From contig JAFGHI010000015.1 of assembly GCA_016930235.1 (NCBI GenBank), positions 4,218 through 68,217 on the forward strand: DNA of 64,000 nt, given 5' to 3'. Below the pieces are notes generated by a model. It had not been told where the DNA came from and ran no database searches. It saw only the letters and a program-made list of their open reading frames with translations. Of this stretch, positions 28,318 to 38,325 are shown one piece after another. The position numbers and the translations under genes are program-made. Numbering within the stretch: position 1 is the stretch's first letter; each line of letters begins with the position of its first letter. The stretch comes from Candidatus Omnitrophota bacterium (lineage in GTDB: Bacteria > Omnitrophota > Omnitrophia > Omnitrophales > Aquincolibacteriaceae).

Positions 28318-29211
28318 TTACCTTTTGGCCTTTCTTTTCTTGAGAGGGTACCCTTGTTTTTCGCGGCTTTCCAAGTAACTCTTGGCACATTCCCGGGCGA
28401 GGGCACGGACACGGCCGATATAACGCGGTCTTTCATTAACGCTAACAGCCCCGCGGGCGTCCAGCAAATTAAAAAGATGAGATGTTTTCAGGCAACAATC
28501 ATAAGCCGGCAGAACAAGACCCTCTTCCAACAGTTTTCGAACTTGCTTTTCGTAATCTTCAAAATGGCGTTTGATCATTTCCGGATTCGAGCCTTCAAAA
28601 TTGAAGCGAGAAAACTCTTTTTCACCCTGCAAATGAACATCTCCGTAAGTCACCCCTCGGGACCATTCAATATCAAAAATGGATTCCTTCTTTTGGAGGA
28701 ACATTGCAATCCGTTCCAAGCCGTAAGTGATTTCACAAGACACGACGTCTAGATCAATCCCGCCGCATTGCTGAAAGTAAGTGAATTGCGTGATTTCCAT
28801 GCTGTCCAGCCACACTTCCCAGCCCAACCCCCACGCCCCCAATGTCGGCGATTCCCAATCGTCTTCCACAAAACGGACATCGTGCGAGAGAAGGTCAATC
28901 CCCAGATATTTCAAACTGTCAAGGTACAGCTGTTGAGAATTTTCGGGTGAGGGTTTTAAAATAACTTGATATTGATAGTAATGCTGCGTTCGGTGGGGAT
29001 TTTCTCCGTACCGGCCATCGGTCGGCCTGCGGGAAGGTTCCACATAAGCTGCATTCCAAGGTTCGGGCCCCAAGGCACGCAAAAAAGTATGAGGTGAAAA
29101 AGTCCCGGCCCCCACTTCGAGGTCATAAGGCTGCATAATCAGGCAACCCCGCTCGCTCCAATAAGTATTTAACTTCTGGATTAACTCCTGAAAACTAAGT
29201 GACTTAGGCAT
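28318..29211 (-). CDS. glyQ: Glycine--tRNA ligase alpha subunit
   Basis: [27 protein letters not shown]. Confidence 0.96.
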   Translation of the reverse strand: MPKSLSFQELIQKLNTYWSERGCLIMQPYDLEVGAGTFSPHTFLRALGPEPWNAAYVEPSRRPTDGRYGENPHRTQHYYQYQVILKPSPENSQQLYLDSLKYLGIDLLSHDVRFVEDDWESPTLGAWGLGWEVWLDSMEITQFTYFQQCGGIDLDVVSCEITYGLERIAMFLQKKESIFDIEWSRGVTYGDVHLQGEKEFSRFNFEGSNPEMIKRHFEDYEKQVRKLLEEGLVLPAYDCCLKTSHLFNLLDARGAVSVNERPRYIGRVRALARECAKSYLESREKQGYPLKKRKAKR

Positions 29212-29222
29212 AAAGTGGAAGG

Positions 29223-29251
29223 ATTGTAACAAATTGGTGCCATGGATTCAA
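29223..29251 (-). promoter_or_regulatory. Sigma-70 promoter of glyQS
   Basis: TTGAAT-N17-TACAAT with extended TG. Confidence 0.6.
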
Positions 29252-29275
29252 GATAACTGCAACTCTTGTCCAACG

Positions 29276-29308
29276 AAAAAACCCCCGCCTTGCTTAAGGC
29301 GGGGGTTT
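29276..29308. terminator. Intrinsic terminator after comEA
   Basis: AAACCCCCGCCTT/AAGGCGGGGGTTT stem. Confidence 0.85.
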
Positions 29309-29350
29309 CATGCTACTGCTCGGACCTCGGTTTTAGCCAAAATCCCGGTT

Positions 29351-29683
29351 TTAGACGGAAATCTGGCTTTTAATCTTCTGGAGCTTAGCTCCTCCAATAC
29401 CGCGAACATTCGCCAAATCTTCAAGCGTCTCGAAAGGACCATTGTCCTTACGGAACTGGACAATCCGCTCAGCAAGAGCGGGCCCAATCCCTCGAATGGC
29501 TTGAAGCTCTTCAAGACCGGCTTTATTGATGTTCACAGGACCGGAAACAGCCGCCTGCCCCTGTGCTACGGGGCGTTGGGCTGCCTCTAGGGGATTCAAT
29601 CCCATCATAGAAAAGCTCCCGAAAATCAGAGTGACAAGCAGGGTTAACTGCAAAACTCTCATCTTCGAACGCATAACTGCCAT
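29351..29683 (-). CDS. comEA: ComEA-like periplasmic DNA-binding (HhH) protein
   Basis: Signal peptide; VNINKA..LQAIRGIGPALAERIV..GPF..EDLANVRGIG; GGAGGTG RBS. Confidence 0.9.
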   Translation of the reverse strand: MAVMRSKMRVLQLTLLVTLIFGSFSMMGLNPLEAAQRPVAQGQAAVSGPVNINKAGLEELQAIRGIGPALAERIVQFRKDNGPFETLEDLANVRGIGGAKLQKIKSQISV

Positions 29684-29723
29684 GACTTTCACCTCCTCTA
29701 ACGAAACATTCAAAAGCAGGTGG

Positions 29724-29752
29724 AGTATAGGGCAAATATGATTATTCGTCAA
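29724..29752 (-). promoter_or_regulatory. Sigma-70 promoter of comEA
   Basis: TTGACG-N17-TATACT. Confidence 0.7.
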
Positions 29753-29870
29753 GTATTATTTATATTATATTAATATACTGAATTCCCTTACTTTTTGTCT
29801 AATCTCATATTTTTATTGACAATTCTTACTTAAGGGGTAATATCCACTTATCCGCTAGGAGCAAGCCAAA

Positions 29871-30428
29871 ATGCTAAAAAACCTCGGACAACGCATCCGA
29901 AGCTTACGCAAAGAAAAAGGATTAACTCTCGTCGAAGTAGCAGAGAAAACGGGAGTCGCACAAGCCACCCTTTCGCGAATCGAAACCGGAACCATGATGG
30001 GGACGGTCGAAAGCCATGAAAAAATATCCGAGGTTCTGGGAATTGGCTTAGCCGAACTTTACACCGGTGTTGACCGGAGGCACGAACAGATCACCCATCT
30101 GACCCAGGAAGCGGATAAGAAAGTCACCTTCCATAACAAGAACGTCCAAATCGAACTTCTCACAACGGGAAGTTCCAAAAAGAAAATTACCCCCCTTCTG
30201 ATGACCCTGCAAGCCGGGAGTGAAACTCCAACCGATCATCTTGAACGCGGGGTCGAAAAGTTTATCTACGTACTGGAAGGCGAAATTCATGTCAAACTCG
30301 AAAAAGAAATTTATCCGCTCAAGACAGGCGAAACACTCTACTTTGATGCTTCCCTCGCCCATCAATGCATCAACGACAAGCAAAAGACAGCGCGAGCTTT
30401 GATCACTGTTTCTCCTTCTAAAATTTAG
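29871..30428 (+). CDS. XRE-family HTH regulator with cupin domain
   Basis: LGQRIRSLRKEKGLTL..LSRIETG; YVLEGE..GETLYFDASLAH; TTGACA-N16-TAATAT upstream. Confidence 0.9.
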   Translation: MLKNLGQRIRSLRKEKGLTLVEVAEKTGVAQATLSRIETGTMMGTVESHEKISEVLGIGLAELYTGVDRRHEQITHLTQEADKKVTFHNKNVQIELLTTGSSKKKITPLLMTLQAGSETPTDHLERGVEKFIYVLEGEIHVKLEKEIYPLKTGETLYFDASLAHQCINDKQKTARALITVSPSKI

Positions 30429-32803
30429 ATAAGATCCTGGGCCAATAATCCCTTCAAGAAAGATTCGATCCGTAACGGAACCCTTTTGTCAGCTCTGACA
30501 TTTTTATCCAGGGTCAGTGTCACTGCCCCGTAAGTCTTCGTATCGAAGAAGAAGCTCCCGCTCCCTACAGCAATCCTTGAAAGAGATTCATCGCTTTCAG
30601 GTGTTAAGATGACTTTGGGCTGAAAAACATCTATCATCTCTTCAAAGACTTTTTGATCCGACCCCCTGAGAGGCGGCATCACCAAAACGTCGATCCGGTC
30701 CAAAGTTGTGAAATCTCTTTCTCCAAACCGGGGCGCTTCATCCAGGTTTGGAATTACAAGGAACCGCCACCCCTTCACCTCAAGAAGATAAAACATCTGA
30801 TTCCCTTGGAAATGAACAGCCCGAATCTTCTCGTCTTTTTCGAACCGAATAACTTCGCCCGGTCGAATTGTCGCTCGATTGACTTCTCTTTGCATTTCAT
30901 AGGGAAGAACATTCCTAAAAATTGAATCTAGCCCCTCGGGATAGATCAAGTACTGAATGGAAAAATTCCTGAGAATAGTTGCCAGACCCCCCGTATGTTT
31001 CTTCATAAGATCAGTCAGCACGACTCCGGTCAGTGTTTTGATCCCTTTTTCCCGCAGGTAGGGCGCAAGAATCCACTGGCCCTGATCGGAAGGAAACCCC
31101 CGGCCCGCATTCACTAACCAGTGGTTGGAATCTTCAAATTGAAGATGGAGAATCTGATTTTTGCCCGCCGAAAACAAAGTCCCCGAAAAGAGAGGAGCAG
31201 GCCTTGGATAAAAAAAACCAACCAATACACAAAGCCAAAAGCTCCATAAAAATGACAACCCCCACCGGTTTGTTATCATTTTTAGCGGCTTCCGAAAACC
31301 CGGCAAAAAATCTCCTTCTTTCTTTGCTTTGAACCGAAAACCATAACCGGCCACCAACAACCCAAGCCCGAAGTAATAAAGTCCGATCTGAAATGAAGAG
31401 GGGGACGGAAGATAAGCATATCCCCATTCGAGCCCCGCGCATTGGTGAATCCAGAAAAGAACAAATTGGATGCAAGTCGACGAAAATCCGGTTAGAAAAC
31501 TGCCGATCCAAGGAAGAAAACCCAATCCTAAGGACAGAAAAGCACCGAGTAAGGCCAAATGGAAAACGGGGATCGCGATAAAATTGGCGGCCAGGCTGAT
31601 CGGCGAGAAAATATGAAAATAGCAAATAACGACGGGAAAAGTTCCCGCCAGGACAGCCAAGGTGTTCATCACCGCCTCCGACCATCTCCATGTTTCAAAT
31701 TCCCTTCTTAAAAAAAGAATCAGCGAAAAAACCGATAGAAAAGATAAATGAAAGGACCAATGAAAGAGATTTTTGGGGTCGATAAAGACAAGGAAAAAGA
31801 ACGCCATAAAAAAAGTGTTGAGAGAATTGCGTTCGCGTTCAAGCAAAAGGGCAAGGAAACTAAGCCCCCCCATCCATCCCGCTCTCTGGACGGGAATCCC
31901 CCAGCCTGCAATCGCGGCATAAAAAAGAATCACGCCGAGGGACAGGAACGCGGAAAGTTTCTGATCACACCCCAAAGCCATGAGCGCAAGATAAAAACTC
32001 CCCGAAAGCAGGATGATATGCAAACCGCTGATCGCCAAAAGATGTGCCGTTCCTGTCTTAATGAAATCATCCCGTATCTGGGGATCCAATTGCTTTCGAT
32101 CCCCCAGGATTAAGGCCCGAAAAACCGAAGCGTGCTCAGGCGAAAATAATCCGTTGAGTCTTACAGCAATTTTTCGACGTGCCGAATGGAGCAAACGAAG
32201 TGCATTCCATGGATTAGCGCTTGCGATCCTGCGGCTGGAGGAACGGCCGTATGCCTTCAAAACCACCTGGATCCCCCTTTGTTTTAAATAATGTCCGTAA
32301 TCAAAACCGCCGGGATTCGTTACGGGATAGGGATAATCGAGGTGCCCGTAAATCCTTAAACGGTCGGCAAAATCAGGAATTTCTTCGGGTTGAAAAAGAA
32401 ATACCTGAACCCGGCCCGTTACCTTAAAGAATTCTTTTCTCCCGGAGATCTTCCGGACAATATTTTTCGAATCCAGGACAAATGAAACCGTTTTCTTTTT
32501 GCCCTGACTCTTGACTTCCGGGGGAGAAACCACGATCCCTTCCAAGGAAACCCGAGTCAAACCCGCAAAGGATTCAACCGGAGGATCACTGGCCCAAGAA
32601 AACATTTTCCCCCGAACAAACCCAAGCAAACATAAAGAGATCATAAAAATGGGCAGGAAAAATCGCTTCCCGCGGAGAACCCATAAAAAAGGGATAAAAG
32701 ACAAACTCATCAAAAAGAGCCACCACATCGAAACATGGACGAACTCGCACAAAAAGACCCCCGTCACAAAACCAAGCGAGATCCAAAAAAAAGGAACCCT
32801 CAT
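30425..32803 (-). CDS. comEC: ComEC/Rec2 DNA uptake channel
   Basis: NPGGFDY, TGTAHLLAISGLH, SFHLSF, many TM segments, degenerate beta-lactamase-like C-terminus. Confidence 0.92.
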   Translation of the reverse strand: MRVPFFWISLGFVTGVFLCEFVHVSMWWLFLMSLSFIPFLWVLRGKRFFLPIFMISLCLLGFVRGKMFSWASDPPVESFAGLTRVSLEGIVVSPPEVKSQGKKKTVSFVLDSKNIVRKISGRKEFFKVTGRVQVFLFQPEEIPDFADRLRIYGHLDYPYPVTNPGGFDYGHYLKQRGIQVVLKAYGRSSSRRIASANPWNALRLLHSARRKIAVRLNGLFSPEHASVFRALILGDRKQLDPQIRDDFIKTGTAHLLAISGLHIILLSGSFYLALMALGCDQKLSAFLSLGVILFYAAIAGWGIPVQRAGWMGGLSFLALLLERERNSLNTFFMAFFFLVFIDPKNLFHWSFHLSFLSVFSLILFLRREFETWRWSEAVMNTLAVLAGTFPVVICYFHIFSPISLAANFIAIPVFHLALLGAFLSLGLGFLPWIGSFLTGFSSTCIQFVLFWIHQCAGLEWGYAYLPSPSSFQIGLYYFGLGLLVAGYGFRFKAKKEGDFLPGFRKPLKMITNRWGLSFLWSFWLCVLVGFFYPRPAPLFSGTLFSAGKNQILHLQFEDSNHWLVNAGRGFPSDQGQWILAPYLREKGIKTLTGVVLTDLMKKHTGGLATILRNFSIQYLIYPEGLDSIFRNVLPYEMQREVNRATIRPGEVIRFEKDEKIRAVHFQGNQMFYLLEVKGWRFLVIPNLDEAPRFGERDFTTLDRIDVLVMPPLRGSDQKVFEEMIDVFQPKVILTPESDESLSRIAVGSGSFFFDTKTYGAVTLTLDKNVRADKRVPLRIESFLKGLLAQDLI

Positions 32804-32806
32804 CCC

Positions 32807-32983
32807 TTACACCGAGCCCTTTCGGAGGCTCTCTTCTTGACGCTCCTGGACTTGGACATGAACATCGTGCCACTTGACGTCTTGGGCAAGCAGGCCCAGG
32901 AAATACCGCATCAGGCTGTAAATAACGAGAGTGACTAGAGCAAAAAAAAGAAGAGTGTGTTGATACTGTTTAAGTCTGGACAT
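32807..32983 (-). CDS. Small single-TM hypothetical protein (58 aa, below the ORF-track cutoff)
   Basis: MSRLKQYQHTLLFFALVTLVIYSLMRYFLGLL..GSV*, ends 3 nt before the comEC ATG. Confidence 0.55.
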   Translation of the reverse strand: MSRLKQYQHTLLFFALVTLVIYSLMRYFLGLLAQDVKWHDVHVQVQERQEESLRKGSV

Positions 32984-32995
32984 AGTTGACTATGG

Positions 32996-33032
32996 TTGAT
33001 ATATATGCATATTATTATTGCATATATATCAA
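32996..33032. promoter_or_regulatory. Perfect 14-bp inverted repeat, candidate operator
   Basis: TTGATATATATGCA-N9-TGCATATATATCAA. Confidence 0.55.
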
Positions 33033-33096
33033 TGATTATCAACCTTCCGTATGCCCATCGGCCGCGCAGGCCAAATTCCGACCAGCCGGCCGGAAT

Positions 33097-33273
33097 TCAA
33101 CGTTGAGCGTAACTGCTTAAACAGGAAGGACATAGGCAATCGGAATATTGCTCTGCCAGGCGAGTTAAGACCTCTTTCGATAAGGAGGATTGAGAACACC
33201 AACAGGGCATTGGGCTCTCATCTTGGCAAGAAAATTCACCAAGACACCTGGGACACTTCTTTTTTTTACCCAT
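33097..33273 (-). CDS. Cysteine-rich CWC family protein
   Basis: CPRC..F.C..CWC..CLCPSCL pattern. Confidence 0.8.
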   Translation of the reverse strand: MGKKKKCPRCLGEFSCQDESPMPCWCSQSSLSKEVLTRLAEQYSDCLCPSCLSSYAQR

Positions 33274-33296
33274 TCCGGTTTCCCCAGGCCGATCTT

Positions 33297-34073
33297 TTAT
33301 AATCTCTTCCACGGGATCACGTAAAATTCCTGATCAAAGTGTCCGTAGCGGGCATTGATGCCGTAGCCTTCTTTCAAGTTGTCCGGAGACAAAACATCGG
33401 CAGCGGACCCGGAAGCCAGGATTTTGCCTTCCCGCAAAAGATAAAGCCGGTCGCAAAAACGGGCGGCCAGGGTCAAATCATGCAGCACCACCATCACCCC
33501 GGACCCTCGAAACGCAACGTCCTTCAACAATTGCATGACTTGGATCTGATGATTGGGGTCCAATCCCGCGACGGGTTCATCGGCCAAGATCATTTCTGAA
33601 TTCCCCGCCAAAACACGGGCAAACATTACGAGGGCTTTTTCGCCCCCTGCCAAATGATCCATCGGGCGGTCCGCCAAATGCAACACATCCGATTTTTTCA
33701 TCGCATTGTAAATGGCCTCGTAATCAATTTTCCGAAGGTCCTGCCAGGGCAAAAGATGCGGAATTCTTCCCAGGGCCACGACCCTTTGGGCCGTTAACGA
33801 CCAGGAAACAGACGCCCCTTGCGGGAGATAGGAAAAATATTGGGCAAGCCGGCGTCTATGGATTTCCGACAAAGACTGTCCTTTAACTTCAATCCTCCCT
33901 TTCTGAAAAGGAAGAAACCGAAGAAGCGTCCGCATCAAGGTCGATTTCCCCGCTCCGTTGGGGCCGATCAGGCCGATCAACTCTCCCCGGGGAAGATCCA
34001 TATTCACCTTGCTTAGGACAAGTTTCTTGTCGAGCGAAACATCCAAATCCCGAATCTGAACAAAATCTTTCAT
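33297..34073 (-). CDS. Cobalamin/siderophore ABC transporter ATPase (BtuD-like)
   Basis: GPNGAGKST, ADEP, HDLTLAARFCD. Confidence 0.9.
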   Translation of the reverse strand: MKDFVQIRDLDVSLDKKLVLSKVNMDLPRGELIGLIGPNGAGKSTLMRTLLRFLPFQKGRIEVKGQSLSEIHRRRLAQYFSYLPQGASVSWSLTAQRVVALGRIPHLLPWQDLRKIDYEAIYNAMKKSDVLHLADRPMDHLAGGEKALVMFARVLAGNSEMILADEPVAGLDPNHQIQVMQLLKDVAFRGSGVMVVLHDLTLAARFCDRLYLLREGKILASGSAADVLSPDNLKEGYGINARYGHFDQEFYVIPWKRL

Positions 34074-35089
34074 CAGGATACGTTCCTCCGCATTTTAAAG
34101 ATAAGGGCCAGGAAAAATGGGGCCCCGATTAAGGACGTCAGGACCCCGAGCTTTAATTCCGTGCCGACCGAAAAATATCTGACGAACAAATCCGCCCAAA
34201 GAACAAGGACCGCGCCGCCCACTGCACTTATTCCCAGCAGTTTCCCGGGCTCATGTTTGACAAGGGGCCTGAACAAATGAGGAACCATCAACCCGACAAA
34301 CACCACACTCCCGCAAACAGCCGTCACGCCTCCGACAGCCAGGGCCGTCCCTAAAATAATCCGGAACCGGACCCGCTGAATGGGAATCCCTAAACTCATG
34401 GCCGCTTCTTCCCCGAGACTCAAGGCATTCAGTGCACGGCCGTCCCACAAAAGAAGTAAACATCCCAACAAAACAAAGGGAGCAACTAAAGTTAGATGAT
34501 CAAAACTGCGGTCGGTCAAAGACCCCATCTGCCAGAAAACAATTTCAAGCGCCGCATAAGGATCTTTGGAAAGATTGAGCACCAGAGACGTTCCGGCAAA
34601 GGCCAGGGTATTGATTGCGATACCCGCCAGGATAAGTGTCTGGACACTGGCCATGTACCCGGCAAAAAGATAAAGAATCAAAACCGTAAGAAAAGCACCC
34701 GCCATTCCCCCCAGCGGCAACGCCAGCGAAAAGGAAGAAGCCAACCCCGAGTAAATTACGAGGACGGCCCCCAAAACAGCCCCTCCATTCACCCCCAAAA
34801 CACCGGGCTCGGCCAGAGGATTACGTAATAATCCCTGCATCGACGCCCCTGCAAGCCCTAACGACGCCCCCAGGAAAACGGCCAATAAACTCCGGGGCAT
34901 CCGAATATCCCAAAGAATGACCACCGCCTCGGAACTTTTTCCGTGAACAATGTCGAGTGCCGTGTCCCAGAGAGAAATCTCCGAAGCCCCGGCATTGAGG
35001 GAAATCAAAAAACTCAGAAGCAAGAGAATACTCATTGAGAAAAAGAGAAAAAAGCCGGAGAATTTTGATCCAACCGCAGGTTGCTTCAT
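34073..35089 (-). CDS. Cobalamin ABC permease (BtuC/FecCD family)
   Basis: IRMPR, QGLLRNPLAEP, LGEEAA, FVGLMVPH. Confidence 0.92.
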   Translation of the reverse strand: MKQPAVGSKFSGFFLFFSMSILLLLSFLISLNAGASEISLWDTALDIVHGKSSEAVVILWDIRMPRSLLAVFLGASLGLAGASMQGLLRNPLAEPGVLGVNGGAVLGAVLVIYSGLASSFSLALPLGGMAGAFLTVLILYLFAGYMASVQTLILAGIAINTLAFAGTSLVLNLSKDPYAALEIVFWQMGSLTDRSFDHLTLVAPFVLLGCLLLLWDGRALNALSLGEEAAMSLGIPIQRVRFRIILGTALAVGGVTAVCGSVVFVGLMVPHLFRPLVKHEPGKLLGISAVGGAVLVLWADLFVRYFSVGTELKLGVLTSLIGAPFFLALIFKMRRNVS

Positions 35090-35106
35090 GTCTTATCCCT
35101 CAACCG

Positions 35107-35976
35107 TTACCTTGAAATTCCCGATAATGCCCCTGAAATCTTTTCGACCGCCTCGACCGACCTTGGAGATCCGCAATTGAGCAAGCAGGCCGGAAGCTCA
35201 ATCACTTTAACTCCCGGCAAAGCTTTACGGATCGCCGGATGATTGAGGATATCACGTCTCTCGGTCCGCGTGTGGCGCCAAACATCCGACAAAATAATGA
35301 GGTCTGGTTGTTGGACAATCAAGGTTTCCACAGACATCAATTGATGCCCCTTGGCCCCCGTCCGGACGGCAATATTCTCCGCACCCGCCTCCGTCAAAAT
35401 CGAATGCTCAAAGGTATCTTTTCCCGGAACGCTCCCGCGGATCCCCCAGAAAACAGCCGACCGGCCGCTCTGTGGCCGAGCAATATGTCCCAGCCGTTCA
35501 TTGATTTCACGGATGATTTCCTCGCCCCGTTCTTTTTCCTGAAGGACCTCGGCCATTTGCCGGATCATGTCCCGAATCTCATCGAAATTCTTGGGGATAG
35601 GGACCGACACGACCCGAACGCCTAATTTCTCCAGAAACTGAATGGTCTGCCGCCGCGTGAAAGGCCCGGCAAAAACCAAATCGGGTTTCAAAACCATGAT
35701 CTCCTCGGCATCACCGCGAATCATCGGGATCCCTTTGACCTCGTCCGTGATGGGAGAAAAGACCTGGTCCTTTGAATAACGTGTAATCGCCACGATCCGT
35801 TCCCGATCGGCAAGCCGGATGAGGAGTTCATCGGAACAAAAATTCGCAGAAATAATCCGGGACGGTTTCAGTACCGTTTCTTCTTGGGAGGCAATCTCAA
35901 GAGACTGCGCCGAGACAATGTCCCTTCCCGAGAGAGCAAACAAAACCAGGAAGAAAAAAAACCAAACCCTTAGCAT
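35107..35976 (-). CDS. Cobalamin-binding periplasmic protein (BtuF-like)
   Basis: Signal peptide MLRVWFF.., RIISANFCSDELL, EEIMVLKPDLV. Confidence 0.85.
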   Translation of the reverse strand: MLRVWFFFFLVLFALSGRDIVSAQSLEIASQEETVLKPSRIISANFCSDELLIRLADRERIVAITRYSKDQVFSPITDEVKGIPMIRGDAEEIMVLKPDLVFAGPFTRRQTIQFLEKLGVRVVSVPIPKNFDEIRDMIRQMAEVLQEKERGEEIIREINERLGHIARPQSGRSAVFWGIRGSVPGKDTFEHSILTEAGAENIAVRTGAKGHQLMSVETLIVQQPDLIILSDVWRHTRTERRDILNHPAIRKALPGVKVIELPACLLNCGSPRSVEAVEKISGALSGISR

Positions 35977-36002
35977 ACCAACCGCCTCCGGCTTTGAAAC
36001 AG

Positions 36003-38273
36003 TTAAAATTCCCAGCGTACCCCACATTGGTATTCCCGCGGAGCTCCGGGCACAACAAAGGTATACGTTCCATCGGGAAGGACCGTCGCACCGCCCCAAG
36101 CCGCTGGGAAGACTGTCGCATCCACAGCACGGGAATAATACTTGTTATTAAAAACGTTGTTCACCTTAAAATAAACCTCGAAATTTCTCCAGGAATAGGA
36201 AACGAGAAAATCCCAAACCGAATAGGCCTTGATTTGATGGCCCGCCCCGCCGGTCGCATCCAAGGTTGCCTGAGCGGTCGACTCATAAGCCAGCACGTGT
36301 TGGTCCCCGGTATAAATCCCATTGAGGGACAATTTTAAACCGTCATAAGGTTCTCCCAAACGGACCAAGGGATAAAGCGTCGTTCCCCAGGTAAAACGGT
36401 GTTCCGGGATTTGCCCCAAGTCCCGGCCGTCGATGAGACTCCCTCCCTGGTCGGTTTCCCGCACGTAAGCATCCGTGAGCGTATAAGACCCGTAAAGTGA
36501 AATCTCGTCGACTGGCTTGACGTCCAATCGCGTCTCAATCCCCGAACGCCTGCTTTTTCCGATATTAATATTCTGTCCGAAAGGCGCATTGACCGTCACC
36601 GAAGTAGAGTCCCAAACAATCTCATCCTTTAAATCAATCAGAAAGAAACTGCATTTGAAAAGCCCCATCTCTTTCGGTAAACGAATCCGGGTACCGACTT
36701 CGTAACTATCCGAGACCTCGGGACGAAGACTTGTCGAAATAGTCCCGGAGAAAGGAGACAATTCACTGATCGTCGGCACACGAAACCCCTGGCTGTAATT
36801 GCCGTAAAGATCCGTCCAAGAAAGGGGTTTGATAATCAGACCGGTTGACCAACTCGCTTCATCCCACCGGCGGCTGATATTCTGGGTCGGCATCATGGCA
36901 TCCGAGGCATTCAAGCGATATTGGTCGAGCCTCATCCCAACATGCGCGGTCACCCGTTGGGCGATCTCTCCGGTCTGGCGCCAGTAGAGTGCCCAGTTTC
37001 TCGGGTCCGAGCTCCTGTCGGTTTCGCGCGGACTGTTTTCAACGACATTTCCTCCGAAGGCATCCTGTTCCAATCCGTAATTGGAGGCGTTACGAAACTC
37101 CATCCCCAGGGTTGTTTGGTTGTGATACCAGCCCCACTCGTCCTCATAAGCAAGCTGCCAGACAAGATCGGTCGCCCTTGATTTTGTCGTCACCAGATCC
37201 GTATCGGGATTAAAAGCACCGTCGGCGAACGTAAGCGATGTCGTGTAAAAGTGAGCGAGATTGACCCGCCAGGAAGCCAAGATCGAGGCCAAAACACGGT
37301 GGTCCCAAAAATATTTATTGGCCTCCATTTGAAGGATTGTCATCCGGTAATCCCGGCCATCCAAGGGCTTTAAGGTCATTTCTTCATTGATCTGATACAA
37401 ATCGTAAGGCAGCGCCCCCGGATTGGAAACCGCATCATCCACGTGCTTCAACCCGAACCGAAAGTTCCCCTGGTCGTCGGGAAGTTCATAAGCGGTCTTG
37501 ATATTAAAGGAAGTAATCCGGTATTCCCCATTACTGCGGAAACCGTCCCCTAATTTACGGCTGCTGTTGAAATAGTAGGTCCACTTTCCCGCCAAGGGCG
37601 TTATTTTATCCTGAAGCGTCCCGCTAAATCCGTTATAGAATTGAATGCCCCGGTTGCTTGAGAATTCAAAACCTCCGAAAAGGCTCAGACGCTTTTCACT
37701 CGGCCGGCGCGTCGTCAAATGGACCACTCCGGCAAAGGCACCGCTCCCAAAAATAGGCGAAGCCGAACCGCGGTCAATTTGGATCGATTCAAGATCGCTC
37801 ATATCGATCAAGGGATAAATCACATCATCCCCGTCCACTTCATTGATACGGACCCCGTCCAAAAGATGGACGACCGCGCTCCCTTCCGAAAAACCCCGGA
37901 GACTGAACGTGCGGTCGACCCCGTTTCCGACCTGGTCATAAAAAAGGGCGCCCTCCACATCCTCGATGGACCCTTGATAATCACGCGGATGATAGGCATG
38001 AACTTCTTCGCCTTCGCGGCGCGTGACATTGGCGGGAATGTAACTTATATTGGCAGGAACATCGGCAAATGGGACTTTGAAACAAGGAAGCCGTGAAGCC
38101 ACCACCGTCACCTGATCATAGGTTAACACCCGTGATTCATCGGTCTTCAACTCGTCTGTAACTTCTGGAGTTTCTGTTGGGTTCGGTGAAGGAACCTCAG
38201 CAAAAACCGGGTACGACACACTCAAAAAAACCAAAAGCAAAAACTTACTGACTTGAAGCAACATCCTTTCCAT
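36003..38273 (-). CDS. TonB-dependent receptor (BtuB-like)
   Basis: VTVVASR, LLDGVRIN, GFRVPT, VNNVFN, C-terminal WEF; downstream of cobalamin riboswitches. Confidence 0.9.
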   Translation of the reverse strand: MERMLLQVSKFLLLVFLSVSYPVFAEVPSPNPTETPEVTDELKTDESRVLTYDQVTVVASRLPCFKVPFADVPANISYIPANVTRREGEEVHAYHPRDYQGSIEDVEGALFYDQVGNGVDRTFSLRGFSEGSAVVHLLDGVRINEVDGDDVIYPLIDMSDLESIQIDRGSASPIFGSGAFAGVVHLTTRRPSEKRLSLFGGFEFSSNRGIQFYNGFSGTLQDKITPLAGKWTYYFNSSRKLGDGFRSNGEYRITSFNIKTAYELPDDQGNFRFGLKHVDDAVSNPGALPYDLYQINEEMTLKPLDGRDYRMTILQMEANKYFWDHRVLASILASWRVNLAHFYTTSLTFADGAFNPDTDLVTTKSRATDLVWQLAYEDEWGWYHNQTTLGMEFRNASNYGLEQDAFGGNVVENSPRETDRSSDPRNWALYWRQTGEIAQRVTAHVGMRLDQYRLNASDAMMPTQNISRRWDEASWSTGLIIKPLSWTDLYGNYSQGFRVPTISELSPFSGTISTSLRPEVSDSYEVGTRIRLPKEMGLFKCSFFLIDLKDEIVWDSTSVTVNAPFGQNINIGKSRRSGIETRLDVKPVDEISLYGSYTLTDAYVRETDQGGSLIDGRDLGQIPEHRFTWGTTLYPLVRLGEPYDGLKLSLNGIYTGDQHVLAYESTAQATLDATGGAGHQIKAYSVWDFLVSYSWRNFEVYFKVNNVFNNKYYSRAVDATVFPAAWGGATVLPDGTYTFVVPGAPREYQCGVRWEF

Positions 38274-38325
38274 CTCTCCTCCTTTACCCGCGTAAAGAGA
38301 CCCTAGGGGTTCTAGGATCTGTTTC

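Noticed and set aside
29229-29244. Sigma-54 promoter for glyQ (TGGCAC-N4-TTGT)
   Set aside because: The -12 GC is missing and a well-spaced sigma-70 promoter explains the site
35977-36099. Upstream extension of the BtuF-like ORF
   Set aside because: It overlaps the receptor C-terminus; the signal peptide begins at MLRVWFF
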